Assembly: GCA_041497895.1 (NCBI GenBank)
Contig: JBGQHJ010000015.1
Span: forward strand, 1 to 54,052
Reading direction: 5' to 3'
Length of the DNA stretch: 54,052 nucleotides
Source: Candidatus Methylomirabilia bacterium
GTDB taxonomy: Bacteria > Methylomirabilota > Methylomirabilia > Rokubacteriales > CSP1-6
Part shown: one piece after another, positions 30,186 through 40,493 of the stretch
Numbering within the stretch: the first letter of the stretch is position 1
Layout: each line of letters begins with the position of its first letter
Translations under genes and position numbers: made by a program
The notes under the pieces: model-generated
What the model was told of the DNA's origin: nothing
Seen by the model: only the letters and a program-made list of their open reading frames with translations
Database searches by the model: none

Positions 30186-31267
30186 GCGCGGAGTTTTTCT
30201 AGACCGCTCCAGTCGAACTCGATGCCGTGGCCGGGACGGTCCGGCGCGATCGCGCGGCCGTCCACGATGCGGAGCGGCTCCGCGATGAAGCGGTCGAGAC
30301 CGAAGCCGTGGGCCTCGAGGTAGGAGCGGTTCGGCACCGCGGCGAGGAGGTGGACGGTGATGTCGTGGGCGCCGTGCGACGTCACCGGCAGATTGAACGC
30401 CTCGGCGAGATGGCAGATCTTCATGAACGAGGTGACACCCCCGCAGTTGGTGACGTCGGGCTCGGGGAAGGTCACGCCGCCCGCCGCGATCAGCGCGCGG
30501 AACTCGTGCAGCGTGTGGAGGTTCTCGCCCGCCGCGATGGGCAGCCCGCCCTCGCGGACGATGCGCGCGTGGCCGGGCACGTCGTCGGGGATCGTGGGCT
30601 CCTCGAGCCAGACCGGGTCGAGGTCACGGAGCGCCCGGGCCGCGCGGATCGCCTCGTCCACGCTCCAGCGCATGTTCGCGTCCACCATCAACGGAAAGTC
30701 GGCGCCGAGGTGGGCGCGCATGGCCCGCACCCGCTCGACGTCCTCGCGTAGCGAGGGGCGGCCAACCTTCATCTTGATCGCGCGAAAGCCGCGGGCCAGG
30801 TTGTCGTCGGTCTGGCGCAGCAGCGCGTCGAGCGGAAACTCGAGGTCGATGCCACCGGCGTAGCACGGCACCCGCGGATCGAAGCCACCCAGAACGCGCC
30901 ACAGCGGCGCGCCTTGACGGCGGGCGCGCAAGTCCCAGAGGGCGATGTCCACCGCCGACATGGCGAGCGCGGCCAGGCCGCCGCGACCGCCGTAGTGGAG
31001 CGCCCACCACATGATCTGCCACAGCTCCTCGATGCGCTCGGCCTCGCGCCCGGCCAGCCGCGGGGCCAGATCGCGCGTCAGCAGCGCGTGCACCGCGGCC
31101 CCGCCCGTCCCCACCGTATACGTGTAGCCGACACCCTCCGCGCCCTCGGCGTCGCGGAGGCGGACCGCGATCAGCTCGAAGCCCTCGATGAGACCGTGGG
31201 TGCTGTCGGACAGCGCCACCGGCAGCGGGATGCGATAGTGGTCGGCCCGGATCTCGCGGATCAGCAT
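30182..31267 (-). CDS. Mandelate racemase/muconate lactonizing enzyme family protein
   Basis: SAVDIALWDL, IKMKVG, LMVDAN, WLEEP and AAGEN. Confidence 0.93.
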   Translation of the reverse strand: MLIREIRADHYRIPLPVALSDSTHGLIEGFELIAVRLRDAEGAEGVGYTYTVGTGGAAVHALLTRDLAPRLAGREAERIEELWQIMWWALHYGGRGGLAALAMSAVDIALWDLRARRQGAPLWRVLGGFDPRVPCYAGGIDLEFPLDALLRQTDDNLARGFRAIKMKVGRPSLREDVERVRAMRAHLGADFPLMVDANMRWSVDEAIRAARALRDLDPVWLEEPTIPDDVPGHARIVREGGLPIAAGENLHTLHEFRALIAAGGVTFPEPDVTNCGGVTSFMKICHLAEAFNLPVTSHGAHDITVHLLAAVPNRSYLEAHGFGLDRFIAEPLRIVDGRAIAPDRPGHGIEFDWSGLEKLRA

Positions 31268-32232
31268 GCGGCCGGCCCGCGGGGACGGCGGCGCAGTTCC
31301 AGCAGGCTGCCCAGGATGCCCTTCGGGAGGAAGACGATGAACACCACCAGGAGGACGCCGTAGACGAGGTTGTCCCAGCCCACCGCCCGGGTGCCGAAGG
31401 AGATGCGCAGCACCTCGGCGAGGAGGATCGTGATCACCGCCCCCACCGTGGGGCCGAGCGAGACGTAGATGCCCCCCACCACCACCGCGAACACCATCTG
31501 CAGCGAGATGGCGATGCCGCTCACGGTGTCGGGCGAGATGAACATCTGGTACTGGCAGTAGAGCGCGCCCGCGAGCGCGGTCATCATCGCGCTCAGCACC
31601 GTGATCTTGAGCTTCTCCGCGGTCACGTGCACCCCCGCGGCCGCCGCCCCGTCCTCGTCCTCCGAGATCGCCTCCAGCGCGTAGCGGGTCATGCTGCGGT
31701 CCACGCGATGCCAGGCGTAGAGCCCGGCCGCCCACACCGCGAGGGCGATGAGATACCAGGTGGCCTTGCCGCTGAACTGCAGCGCGTAGAGCGAGCTGCC
31801 GCCCCGGTACCGCTCCGGCGTGTAGCCGAGCGACCCGCCGGTCTGATCGCGGGTCGCGGTGATCACCTGGAGCACGATGCCGCTCAAGGCCAGCGTGACC
31901 AGCGCGAAGTAGTGGCCGGTGATGCGGAAGCGGAAACAGGGGTACGCCACCAGCACCGCGAGCACGCCCCCCGCGAGCAGGGCCAGCGGGATCCCCACCC
32001 AGGGGGTGAGGCCGACGTGGTTCCACGAGAGCGCGGTCACGTAGGCGCCGATTCCCATGAAGCCGCCGTGACCGAGCGACACCAGGCCGAAGCGCCCCAT
32101 CATCGACCAGGAGGTGTAGGCGAACGACCAGATCAGGATGATGATCAGGATGTGGAGCGGATAGGGGGCGTGGTAGACGAAGGGCAGGCCGATCAGCGCC
32201 GCGCCCGCGATCCAGGGGAGAGACCGCCTCAT
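31261..32232 (-). CDS. livM: Branched-chain amino acid ABC permease (LivM-like)
   Basis: GLVSLGHGGFMGIGAY, GHYFALVTLA and AISEDEDGAAAAGV. Confidence 0.88.
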   Translation of the reverse strand: MRRSLPWIAGAALIGLPFVYHAPYPLHILIIILIWSFAYTSWSMMGRFGLVSLGHGGFMGIGAYVTALSWNHVGLTPWVGIPLALLAGGVLAVLVAYPCFRFRITGHYFALVTLALSGIVLQVITATRDQTGGSLGYTPERYRGGSSLYALQFSGKATWYLIALAVWAAGLYAWHRVDRSMTRYALEAISEDEDGAAAAGVHVTAEKLKITVLSAMMTALAGALYCQYQMFISPDTVSGIAISLQMVFAVVVGGIYVSLGPTVGAVITILLAEVLRISFGTRAVGWDNLVYGVLLVVFIVFLPKGILGSLLELRRRPRGPAAC

Positions 32233-33098
32233 GACCGGCGGGCGAGCAGGCCCTCGGGCCGCACGAACATCATCACGATGAAGAACACGAAGGCGAACAC
32301 GTAGCCCCACTCCAGGTCGAGGTAGAGCCCGCCCAGCGAGATAAGCTCGGCGAAGACGAAGGCGGCCACGAAGCCGCCGGCAAAGTTCCCGAGGCCGCCC
32401 AGCACGCAGATCAGGAAGGTGATCGGCCCGAACGACAGCCCGACGAAGGGATGTACGTCGTACTGGAGCACGAGCAGGCACGCGGCGAGCCCGGCCAGGC
32501 CCCCGCCGAGCGCCGAGGTGATCACGTAGATCCGGCGGCTGTCGACGCCCATCAGGATCATGATCTGGCGATCCTGCGCGATCGCGCGGATGGCGGTGCC
32601 GGTATAGGTCCGGGTCAGGAACAGGTAGACGAGCACCATCCCGATCAGCGCCGCCCCGAAGGCGAGGAGCCGCGAGTAGCTGATGAACAGCTCGGACAGC
32701 TTCAGGACGGGTAGGCGAAGCCCCAGGTTGCGGAACTCGATGCCGAAGAGCACGGTGGCCGCGGACTGCAGGAAGAACAGGACCCCGCCGGTGGCCAGGA
32801 GCTGGTTGATGGGGGCAGCCCCCAGCAGCGGCGCGATCACCACCACGTGCAGGATCACGCCCAGGATGCCGACGCCGACGATGCAGACCACCGCGGCCAG
32901 CCCGATCGGCACGTGGTACACGACGTAGAGGAAGTACATCCCGTACATCCCGAGCATGATCAGCTCGGCGTAGCAGATCCACACCACGTCGATGACGCCG
33001 AAGACCAGGTTGAGCCCGAGGGAGAGCAGCGCGAGCACGCCCCCCAGCAGCACCCCGTTGATCAGCGCCTCCAGCAGGAAGATGTCCAGGACGCCCAT
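32229..33098 (-). CDS. livH: Branched-chain amino acid ABC permease (LivH-like)
   Basis: LGLNLVFGV, GTAIRAIAQD, VLGGLGN and RPEGLL. Confidence 0.88.
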   Translation of the reverse strand: MGVLDIFLLEALINGVLLGGVLALLSLGLNLVFGVIDVVWICYAELIMLGMYGMYFLYVVYHVPIGLAAVVCIVGVGILGVILHVVVIAPLLGAAPINQLLATGGVLFFLQSAATVLFGIEFRNLGLRLPVLKLSELFISYSRLLAFGAALIGMVLVYLFLTRTYTGTAIRAIAQDRQIMILMGVDSRRIYVITSALGGGLAGLAACLLVLQYDVHPFVGLSFGPITFLICVLGGLGNFAGGFVAAFVFAELISLGGLYLDLEWGYVFAFVFFIVMMFVRPEGLLARRS

Positions 33099-33102
33099 CG
33101 GG

Positions 33103-33807
33103 TCAGACGCCTAGATACGCTTCGCGGATGGTCTCGCTCGCGAGCATCTCGGCGGCGGTGCCGGCGGCCCGGATACTCCCCGCCTTCAGGAGGTAGGCCC
33201 GGTCCACCACCCGCAGCACCTGCTGGACGTTCTGCTCGACGATCAGCACGTTGAGGCCGCCGGCCCGGATGCGCTTCACGAGGTCGAAGACCTGCTCCAC
33301 GATGACGGGGGCGAGCCCCGCGGAGGGCTCGTCGAGGAGGAGGAGCTTCGGATCCGACATCAGCGCGCGGCCGATCGCGCACATCTGCTGCTCGCCGCCC
33401 GACATGGTCCCCGCGAGCTGGCGGCTCCGCTCGCGCAGGCGCGGGAAGAGCCCGTAGACGACGTCGAGCCGCTCCCGGTACTTGGCGCGGGCCGACGGGA
33501 GAAAGCCGCCCATCTTGAGATTGTCCTCGACGGTCATGCGCGGGAACAGGCGGCGGCTCTCCGGCACGTGGGCGATCCCCAGCCCGACGATGCGGTGCGC
33601 CGGCGTCGCGAGCAGGTCGGCGCCCTCCATGGCGATGGAGCCCGTGGTGGGCCGGATCAGCCCGGAGATCACCCGCATCAGCGTGGTCTTGCCCGCCCCG
33701 TTGGGGCCGATGACGCCCACCGCCTCGCCCTGACGTACCTCCAGCGAGACGTCGAAGAGGGCCTGGAAGCCGCCGTATCCGGCGCAGATCGAGCGAAGCT
33801 CGAGCAC
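33103..33807 (-). CDS. livF: ABC ATP-binding protein (LivF-like)
   Basis: GPNGAGKTT, MSGGEQQM and LLLDEPSAGLAP. Confidence 0.9.
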   Translation of the reverse strand: MLELRSICAGYGGFQALFDVSLEVRQGEAVGVIGPNGAGKTTLMRVISGLIRPTTGSIAMEGADLLATPAHRIVGLGIAHVPESRRLFPRMTVEDNLKMGGFLPSARAKYRERLDVVYGLFPRLRERSRQLAGTMSGGEQQMCAIGRALMSDPKLLLLDEPSAGLAPVIVEQVFDLVKRIRAGGLNVLIVEQNVQQVLRVVDRAYLLKAGSIRAAGTAAEMLASETIREAYLGV

Positions 33808-33810
33808 GGG

Positions 33811-34563
33811 TCAGGGCCGCGCGGCCGCGACGGCGCGAGCGGCGCCCGACTGGGTGCCGAGATAGACCTCGATCACCCGGGGATCCGCCGCGACCGCGGC
33901 GGGCAGCCCCTCCGCGATCTTCTCACCGTGATCGAGCACCATCACGCGGTCGACCACCCGCATGAGCACGCCCATGATGTGCTCGACCCAGACGATGGTG
34001 ATGCCGAGGTCACGGCAGATGCGCCGCAGCATCTCGGCGGCCTGGTCCATCTCGTGCTCGTCGAGGCCGCTCAGGCTCTCGTCGGCGAGCAGGAGCTTGG
34101 GATCGGTGGCGAGGGCCTTGGCCAGCTCGAGCTTCTTCAGCGCGGCCGCCCCCAGCCCGTCCACGGTGGCGCCCCGATCGGTGGGCAGGCCGACCAGCTC
34201 GAGCGCGCGCGCGGCCCCCTCGAACGCCTGTCGCCTCGACGCCCGCCCCCGACCGAAGAAGGCGGCGAGCGCCACGTTCTCGAGGATCGACAGGCGCCGG
34301 AAGGGCCGCGGGATCTGAAAGGTGCGGCCGATGCCGAGGTTGATGATCCGGTGCGGGGCCTCTCCGGCGATCTCACGGCCCTCGAAACGGATCGAGCCCG
34401 CGTTCGGCCGAAGCGCCCCGGAGAGCAGGTTGAAGATCGTGCTCTTGCCGGAGCCGTTGGGCCCGATGAGCCCGACGATCTCGCCCTTCTCGACCGTGAA
34501 CGAGACCTCGCTCACGGCGGTGAAGCCGCCGAAGCGCTTGGACAGCCCCTCGACGGTCAGCAC
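33811..34563 (-). CDS. livG: ABC ATP-binding protein (LivG-like)
   Basis: GPNGSGKST, GIGRTFQ and VIEVYLG. Confidence 0.9.
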   Translation of the reverse strand: MLTVEGLSKRFGGFTAVSEVSFTVEKGEIVGLIGPNGSGKSTIFNLLSGALRPNAGSIRFEGREIAGEAPHRIINLGIGRTFQIPRPFRRLSILENVALAAFFGRGRASRRQAFEGAARALELVGLPTDRGATVDGLGAAALKKLELAKALATDPKLLLADESLSGLDEHEMDQAAEMLRRICRDLGITIVWVEHIMGVLMRVVDRVMVLDHGEKIAEGLPAAVAADPRVIEVYLGTQSGAARAVAAARP

Positions 34564-34608
34564 GGCCGCGGGCCGGGACGGATCACGCGAGAGGCCCGCT
34601 CCGCCTCC

Positions 34609-35937
34609 CTAGTTGGCCGCGTAGGGTGACGAGCTCGGCAGGGGCAGCACCGGCTCGCGGAGCTGCAAGCTCTTGGGCCACACCACGTACGGCTTGTCGT
34701 CCACGTACTGGATGATCACCGGGAAGGCGCGATCGTTCTGGCCGGCCATCGCGGCGGTCTCGGGCTCGAACTTCACGCCGAAGCCCAGCATGGTGCCACC
34801 CTCGGGCAGGTTCACCTCGAGCGCGGCCTTGCGGAGCGCATCCGCGTCGATCCCGCCGTACTTCTTGATCGCGCGCGGCAGCACCTCGGTCATGAACACG
34901 TAGGTGTTGGACGCCGCCATGCCCACGTGGGCCGACCGAATGGTGGTCCCCGGCCGCGCCTTCTCGTACTCGTCGCCCACCATCTTGATCAAGGGCAGCA
35001 GCTCGGGCTTGAGCGCCGCCGGATTGGCCAGCCAGATCGAGATCGGATCGACGTTGAAGAAATAGTTCACGTCCTTCCCGAGCGCTTCCTTCAGCTTGTC
35101 GTAGACGCCATAGCCGGCGCCGTGCCCCACCAGCGCGCTGAAGCGCAGGCCCAGCTCGCGCGACTGCCGCAGGAACAACGAGATGTCCGGGTTGTAGCCG
35201 GTGTGGAAGATCACGTCGGGACGGGCCCGCTTCAGCTTGGTCACGAGCGAGGCCAGGTCGGGAGCGGTCGCCGAGTAGCCCTCCTTCAGCACGATGTTGA
35301 AGCCCGCCTTCTTCGCCCCCTCCTCGTTGCCCTTCGACACGTCGACCCCGTAGGCGCCGTCCTCATGGATGATCGCCACCCTGAGGTCCTTGGGCTCCTT
35401 TCCGAACTTGGCCTTGGCGTTCTGGGCGATGAAATCGGTGGACATCAGGCCGAACTGCCGGCCGCTCGGCTGTACCCGGAACACATACTTGAGGTGACGG
35501 TTCTCGAGCACCGCCGAGGAGATGCACGTCGTGATCCACATGAACTTGTGGAGCTGCTCGACGCGCGCGGCCGCCGGCACGCACTGGGCCGAGGAGTAGA
35601 AGCCGAGCAGCATATCCACCTTTTCCTGCTCGATGAGGCGTGTCGCCTCGTTGATGGCGACGTCGGGCTTGGATTGCGCGTCGGCGTAGACCGCCTCGAG
35701 CTGGTAGCCCTCCACCCCACCCTTCTTGGCGAAGTAGTCGATCATGATCTTGGCGCCGAGCGCGTGCAGATCGGAGCCGCCCCCCGCGAGCGGGCCGGTG
35801 TAGTCGAAGATCACGCCGATCTTGAGCTTCTTGGCCTGGGCGTGAGCGTCCGGCGTCGGCTGAGCGCTCGAGAGCAGCAGCGCGGCGATCAGCCCGGAAG
35901 CGAGGAACATCCACACGGTCGATCTGCGCAGGGACAT
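34609..35937 (-). CDS. Liv-type ABC substrate-binding protein
   Basis: Signal peptide, KIGVIFDYTGPLAGGG and ADAQSKPDVA; GGGAGG SD before ATG at 35937. Confidence 0.9.
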   Translation of the reverse strand: MSLRRSTVWMFLASGLIAALLLSSAQPTPDAHAQAKKLKIGVIFDYTGPLAGGGSDLHALGAKIMIDYFAKKGGVEGYQLEAVYADAQSKPDVAINEATRLIEQEKVDMLLGFYSSAQCVPAAARVEQLHKFMWITTCISSAVLENRHLKYVFRVQPSGRQFGLMSTDFIAQNAKAKFGKEPKDLRVAIIHEDGAYGVDVSKGNEEGAKKAGFNIVLKEGYSATAPDLASLVTKLKRARPDVIFHTGYNPDISLFLRQSRELGLRFSALVGHGAGYGVYDKLKEALGKDVNYFFNVDPISIWLANPAALKPELLPLIKMVGDEYEKARPGTTIRSAHVGMAASNTYVFMTEVLPRAIKKYGGIDADALRKAALEVNLPEGGTMLGFGVKFEPETAAMAGQNDRAFPVIIQYVDDKPYVVWPKSLQLREPVLPLPSSSPYAAN

Positions 35938-36099
35938 GAGCGGCCTCCCAAACTGCGTCGGTCGGGAACGAAGCGTGGGCGGCATTACAAACTGGCGGGC
36001 CCCGCTTGTCAAGGGGCGGCGAGCGCGTCGGGGCCCCGCTCCCGCGCTCCGGGTGGAGGCGGGCGGGGCCCCGGGGAGACCGGTCGTCTCCCGATCCGC

Positions 36100-37815
36100 T
36101 CAGGTGGGCAGCCGCTCGTACATCCCCTGCACGTCGGACGCGTGGAAGCGCGCCACGTGATTGGTCGGGGGCAGCGCCTCGGTGTAGAAGAACTCGGGCA
36201 GCTCGTCGTCCTTGGCGGTGAAGCCGGCCTGCCGGTTGAACTCGTGCTCGAGCTTGAGAGCCTGCCGGCCGAGGGCGTCGAAGAAGGCGGGGGTGAGGCT
36301 GGTGCCGTGAGCCGCGTTGATGGCGTTGGTGATGAACTCGACGTTCGGGGTGGTCACGCTCATCCCGAAGATGCAGAGGCCGAGCGAGTCGTTGGCCGCG
36401 ATGCGCGCCTGGTGGGCCACGCTCTGCTCCACGATCGCGGGCGCCTGCATCTCGCGAGTCTTGAGCCGCGGCAGGTTACCCGCGGTGTGATCGGCGCCCT
36501 GAGCGGTGGCCATCATGGTGATGCCGGTGGCCTCCACCACGCGCGGGTCGTAGGCGCTGATCGCCTGCTTCTTGATGACCGGCACGCGCTTGACCTTGTA
36601 GTGCTCGCCGACTCTCGCGGTGCCCTGGGCCCAGATGCGGCCCTTCTCGGAGCCCTTCCGGATCTCGGCCATGCAGTCGGCCATGAATGTCACGTCCCCG
36701 AAGCGGCCGAGGCCCGCCTCCATCAGCACCGCGATCATCGCCCCGAGCTCGATGGTGTCCACCCCGAGGTCGTTGGCGATGTAGTTCATCTGGGCGAGGT
36801 CGTCGGGATCGCTGAGCCCGCAGTTGGTTCCGAGCAGGCCGAGGGTCTCGTACTCGACGGGCGAGACCACTTCCTTGCCGTCCTTGTCCGCGTAGATGTT
36901 GCTGCACTGGATCACGCAACCGGGCATGCAGGCGTGGGTGTGCTCGCCCCCGCGCGAGACGTTGAGCTGGCTGATGTACTCGCCGCCCATCTTGAACTTC
37001 TCGCCCTTGGAGACGTCCACCATCTGGCCGGCGCTGAAGTTGCGGACCGGCAGGCCGCCCAGGGTGTTCTGCAGATCGGCCATGCCCATGGTGCCGATCT
37101 TGGCGTAGAAGTTGGTCACCAGGGAGTCGGCCTGGAGCATCTTGGCGTAGTCCTTGATGGCCGCGTTGACCTTCTTCGGATCGGAGAACGACGGGATCTT
37201 GTCGAGGTCGACCACGATGGCCTTGACCTTCTTGGATCCCATCACCGCGCCCACTCCGCCGCGGGCGGAGAGCCGCGCGGGCCGCCCGTCCTTGTCGCTG
37301 AAGGCGATCCCCGCGATCAACCCCTGGTACTCGCCCACCGGCCCGCACAGCCCGATCGTGACCTTCTTGCCGTACTTGGCGTGAAGCATGTTCTGAGCCT
37401 CGAAGTTGCCCTTGCCGAGATACGGCTTCGCGTCGTCGAACTCGATGGTGCCGTCCTTCTTGAAGTGGATCACCACCCAGTCCGGCGACGCCCCGAGCAA
37501 GGTGAACCCGGAGATCTTCTGCTGGCCCAGCCCGTAGCTGAAGCTGCCGCCGCCGTTGGCCTCCTTGACCCCGCCGGTGAGCGGACTCTTGCAGCCCACG
37601 CTGGTCCGGTTGGCGTTGGAGAAGCTCGTGCCCGCGAAGGGCCCGGCCGAGAAGATGAGGGGATTGGCCGGGGAGAGCGGGTCGACGGTCGCCGCACCCA
37701 GCTCGAGCAGGGTCTTGGCGATGAGGTACCGGCCGGCCTTCACGATCGCCTCCCCCTCCAGCTCGCGCTTCGTGATGTTCCGGTCGCTGAGGCGGATGTC
37801 GTAGTAGATGCGCAT
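36100..37815 (-). CDS. Aldehyde:ferredoxin oxidoreductase family (tungstopterin, 4Fe-4S)
   Basis: KSPLTGGVKEANGGG, RGGVGAVMGSKKVKAI, CMPGCVIQC, EYET, DLGVDTI and DSLGLC. Confidence 0.93.
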   Translation of the reverse strand: MRIYYDIRLSDRNITKRELEGEAIVKAGRYLIAKTLLELGAATVDPLSPANPLIFSAGPFAGTSFSNANRTSVGCKSPLTGGVKEANGGGSFSYGLGQQKISGFTLLGASPDWVVIHFKKDGTIEFDDAKPYLGKGNFEAQNMLHAKYGKKVTIGLCGPVGEYQGLIAGIAFSDKDGRPARLSARGGVGAVMGSKKVKAIVVDLDKIPSFSDPKKVNAAIKDYAKMLQADSLVTNFYAKIGTMGMADLQNTLGGLPVRNFSAGQMVDVSKGEKFKMGGEYISQLNVSRGGEHTHACMPGCVIQCSNIYADKDGKEVVSPVEYETLGLLGTNCGLSDPDDLAQMNYIANDLGVDTIELGAMIAVLMEAGLGRFGDVTFMADCMAEIRKGSEKGRIWAQGTARVGEHYKVKRVPVIKKQAISAYDPRVVEATGITMMATAQGADHTAGNLPRLKTREMQAPAIVEQSVAHQARIAANDSLGLCIFGMSVTTPNVEFITNAINAAHGTSLTPAFFDALGRQALKLEHEFNRQAGFTAKDDELPEFFYTEALPPTNHVARFHASDVQGMYERLPT

Positions 37816-37832
37816 CGCTCGCTCCTTGTCGG

Positions 37833-38678
37833 TCAGGATGATGGGGGCTTGGCCTGCGGCTGCAGCTCGACGCCCGCGGCCTCGCCCGGGCCCGGCTCGA
37901 CGAGCTCGATCGTCTCCGCGGGCGGCATCTGGGAGGCCTCGGCCGGGCGCCGGGCCCGGAAGCGGATCTGGGGCAGCCGCCCCACCGCCTGGCGGAGGGC
38001 CTGCTCCCAGCGCATGCCGATCTTGATCAGGTCCGGGTCGCTCGCGGGAAAGCGGCGGAGCCGGGTGATCTCGAGCTCGTCCACCCCGTAGGCGAGCAGG
38101 TCGATCGGCGGGCCCACCGTCACGTTCGAGCGCATGGTCGAGTCGAGCGACAGCAGCGCGTACTTGGCCGCCTCTTCCAGGGTGGTGCGGTGGAAGCGGA
38201 TGCCGCGGTCGAGGATGGGCCGGCCGTACTTCGTCTCGCCGATCTGCAGATAGGGCGAGTCCTCGCTGGCCTGCAGCGGGTTGCCCTGGGGATAGATGAT
38301 GAAGAGGCCCGGCGACTCTCCCCTCACCTGCCCGCCCAGCACCAGGTTGACGTTGAACTTGAAGTCGTCACGCTCGAGCGCGTCGCGGTCCATGTCGGAG
38401 ACGCGCCGCACCTGCTCGCCGATCACCCGGGCCGCGTCGTAGAGCGACGGGGCCTGGGCCAGCCCCTTGCCCTGATCGAAGTCGCGCTTGAGCAGCGTGA
38501 TGATCGACTGGGTGCAGGAGAGGCTCCCGCTGCTGAGCAGGATGAACACGCGCTCGCCCGGCTGGACGAACGTGTGCATCTTGCGCGAGACGTTGACCTG
38601 GTCGTGGCCCGCGTTGGTCCGGGAGTCGGACGCCATGACGAGGCCGTCCTTGGTCCAGATGCCGACACAGTAGGTCAT
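37833..38678 (-). CDS. anbu: Anbu proteasome-type (Ntn) protease
   Basis: N-terminal M-T-Y-C, SDSRTNAG, YPQGN, QIGETKYGRPILDR and STMRSNVTVGPPID. Confidence 0.92.
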   Translation of the reverse strand: MTYCVGIWTKDGLVMASDSRTNAGHDQVNVSRKMHTFVQPGERVFILLSSGSLSCTQSIITLLKRDFDQGKGLAQAPSLYDAARVIGEQVRRVSDMDRDALERDDFKFNVNLVLGGQVRGESPGLFIIYPQGNPLQASEDSPYLQIGETKYGRPILDRGIRFHRTTLEEAAKYALLSLDSTMRSNVTVGPPIDLLAYGVDELEITRLRRFPASDPDLIKIGMRWEQALRQAVGRLPQIRFRARRPAEASQMPPAETIELVEPGPGEAAGVELQPQAKPPSS

Positions 38679-38786
38679 GGGGCGCCCGCGCGTGAGCCTG
38701 CCCGCTTCCTGAGCATCGGCGAACATGTTACCAGAAGCGCCGTCGTTGCGATTGACCGGCCCCTCCGGGCCGGATACCGTGCGTGC

Positions 38787-39593
38787 ATGCGGATCCGCAT
38801 CGGCCACGAGCTGACCTTCGAGGTCCCGCGGCCCACCCCGATGCTGCTGATGCTCTACGTGCATCCGGACGTGGCCCGCGCGCTGCGGCAGCCGGAAGCC
38901 ATCCAGGCCGACCCGGTCGGTTCGGTCGAGAGCTTCGTGGACTGGTTCGGCAATCGCGCCGCCCGCATCGTGGCGCCCGCCGGCGCGCTGCGACTCCGCT
39001 ACGACAACGTCGTCGAGGACTCGGGCCGGCCCGAGCCGACCATCGAGGGGCTCCCGCTCCGGTCGGTGGCGGAGCTGCCCCCCGAGTGCTGGCGGTACCT
39101 GCTCGCGAGCCGGTACTGCGAGGTCGACCGCATGTCGGCCATCGCCTGGGACCTCTTCGGCAAGACGCCCGAGACCTGGGAGCGCGTCCAGACCGTCGTC
39201 GACTGGGTGCACGACAACGTGACCTTCGGCTACCAGTTCTCGCGGCCCACCAAGACCGCCTTCGACGTCTTCACCGAGCGCCAGGGCGTGTGCCGCGACT
39301 TCCAGCACCTGACCATCACGTTCCTGCGCGCGCTCAACGTCCCGGCCCGCTACGCCACCGGCTACCTGGGCGACATCGGGGTGCCGCGCGACCCGAACCC
39401 GATGGACTTCTCCGCCTGGCTCGAGGCCTACCTGGGCGACGCGTGGTACACGCTCGACGCCCGCCACAACGAGCCCCGCATCGGCCGTGTCCTGATGGCC
39501 CGTGGCCGCGACGCGGTGGACGTGGCCCTCACCACCTCGTTCGGCAGCACCACCCTGACCGGGTTCACCGTCTGGACCGAGCTCGCCGCGTGA
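38787..39593 (+). CDS. Transglutaminase-like family protein
   Basis: [37 protein letters not shown] and GRDAVDV. Confidence 0.93.
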   Translation: MRIRIGHELTFEVPRPTPMLLMLYVHPDVARALRQPEAIQADPVGSVESFVDWFGNRAARIVAPAGALRLRYDNVVEDSGRPEPTIEGLPLRSVAELPPECWRYLLASRYCEVDRMSAIAWDLFGKTPETWERVQTVVDWVHDNVTFGYQFSRPTKTAFDVFTERQGVCRDFQHLTITFLRALNVPARYATGYLGDIGVPRDPNPMDFSAWLEAYLGDAWYTLDARHNEPRIGRVLMARGRDAVDVALTTSFGSTTLTGFTVWTELAA

Positions 39594-40435
39594 TCGCGAC
39601 GCCCCAGGGCCAGTTCACCGCGGACACCGCCGGCCCCACCGGTGGCGAGCTGGTCCTGCTGCTACACGGCTACCCGCAGAGCCGTCACGCCTGGCGGCAT
39701 CAGGTCCCCGCGCTGGGCGCGGCCGGGTATCGCGCGGTCGCCCCGGACCAGCGCGGCTACTCCCCCGCTGTCCGGCCGGACCCGGCCCGGGACCTGGCCG
39801 CCTACGGCATCGACCGGCTGGTCCAGGACGTCCTCGACCTGGCGGATGCGTCCGGCTCGGCCGCGCGGCCGTTTCACCTCGTGGGGCACGACTGGGGCGG
39901 CCACGTCGCGTGGGTAACCGCCCATCGCCACCCCTCGCGGCTCCGCTCGCTCACGGTCCTCTCACGTCCCCACCCGGCCGCCTTCCGCCGGGCGTTCAAG
40001 GAGAACGCGGACGATCAGCAGCACCGCTCCCGCCACCACCGGATCTTCCACGACCCGACCACCGGCCCGCGCCTGCTGGAAGACGGGGCCCGGCGGCTCC
40101 GGAGCCGCCTCGCCGACCAGGGTGTCCCGGAGGCCTCCATCGCCCAGTACGTGTCGATCCTGGGCGAGCCCGCCGCGCTCGAGGCCGCGCTCGGATGGTA
40201 CCGCGCGGCCGGGAGCCTCACCCAGGTCGAGGTGGGGCCCGTCACGGTGCCGACGCTCTACGTCTGGGGCGACCGCGACGCCACCGTCGGGCCCTCGGCG
40301 GCCCGGTTCACCGCCGACTTCGTGACCGGCCCGTTCCGCTTCGAGGTCCTGCCGGGCGTGGGGCACTTCGTGACCGACGAGGCCCCCGAGGCGGCCACCC
40401 GCCTGCTGCTCTCCCACCTGGCCGGCCAACGGTGA
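39590..40435 (+). CDS. Alpha/beta hydrolase (epoxide hydrolase-like)
   Basis: [21 protein letters not shown] and GVGHF; GTG overlaps upstream stop. Confidence 0.92.
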   Translation: MIATPQGQFTADTAGPTGGELVLLLHGYPQSRHAWRHQVPALGAAGYRAVAPDQRGYSPAVRPDPARDLAAYGIDRLVQDVLDLADASGSAARPFHLVGHDWGGHVAWVTAHRHPSRLRSLTVLSRPHPAAFRRAFKENADDQQHRSRHHRIFHDPTTGPRLLEDGARRLRSRLADQGVPEASIAQYVSILGEPAALEAALGWYRAAGSLTQVEVGPVTVPTLYVWGDRDATVGPSAARFTADFVTGPFRFEVLPGVGHFVTDEAPEAATRLLLSHLAGQR

Positions 40436-40493
40436 TATCCTCTCTGCGGTCGGGCGCCGCATCGCGGGGGCGCCGACAACGGAGGATCCCATC

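Noticed and set aside
34927..38091. 1054-aa plus-strand ORF and many other long alternative ORFs (e.g. 47653-50730, 22886-24946)
   Set aside because: Shadow or antisense frames of well-supported genes in very high-GC DNA; Arg/Gly/Ala-rich with no family motifs
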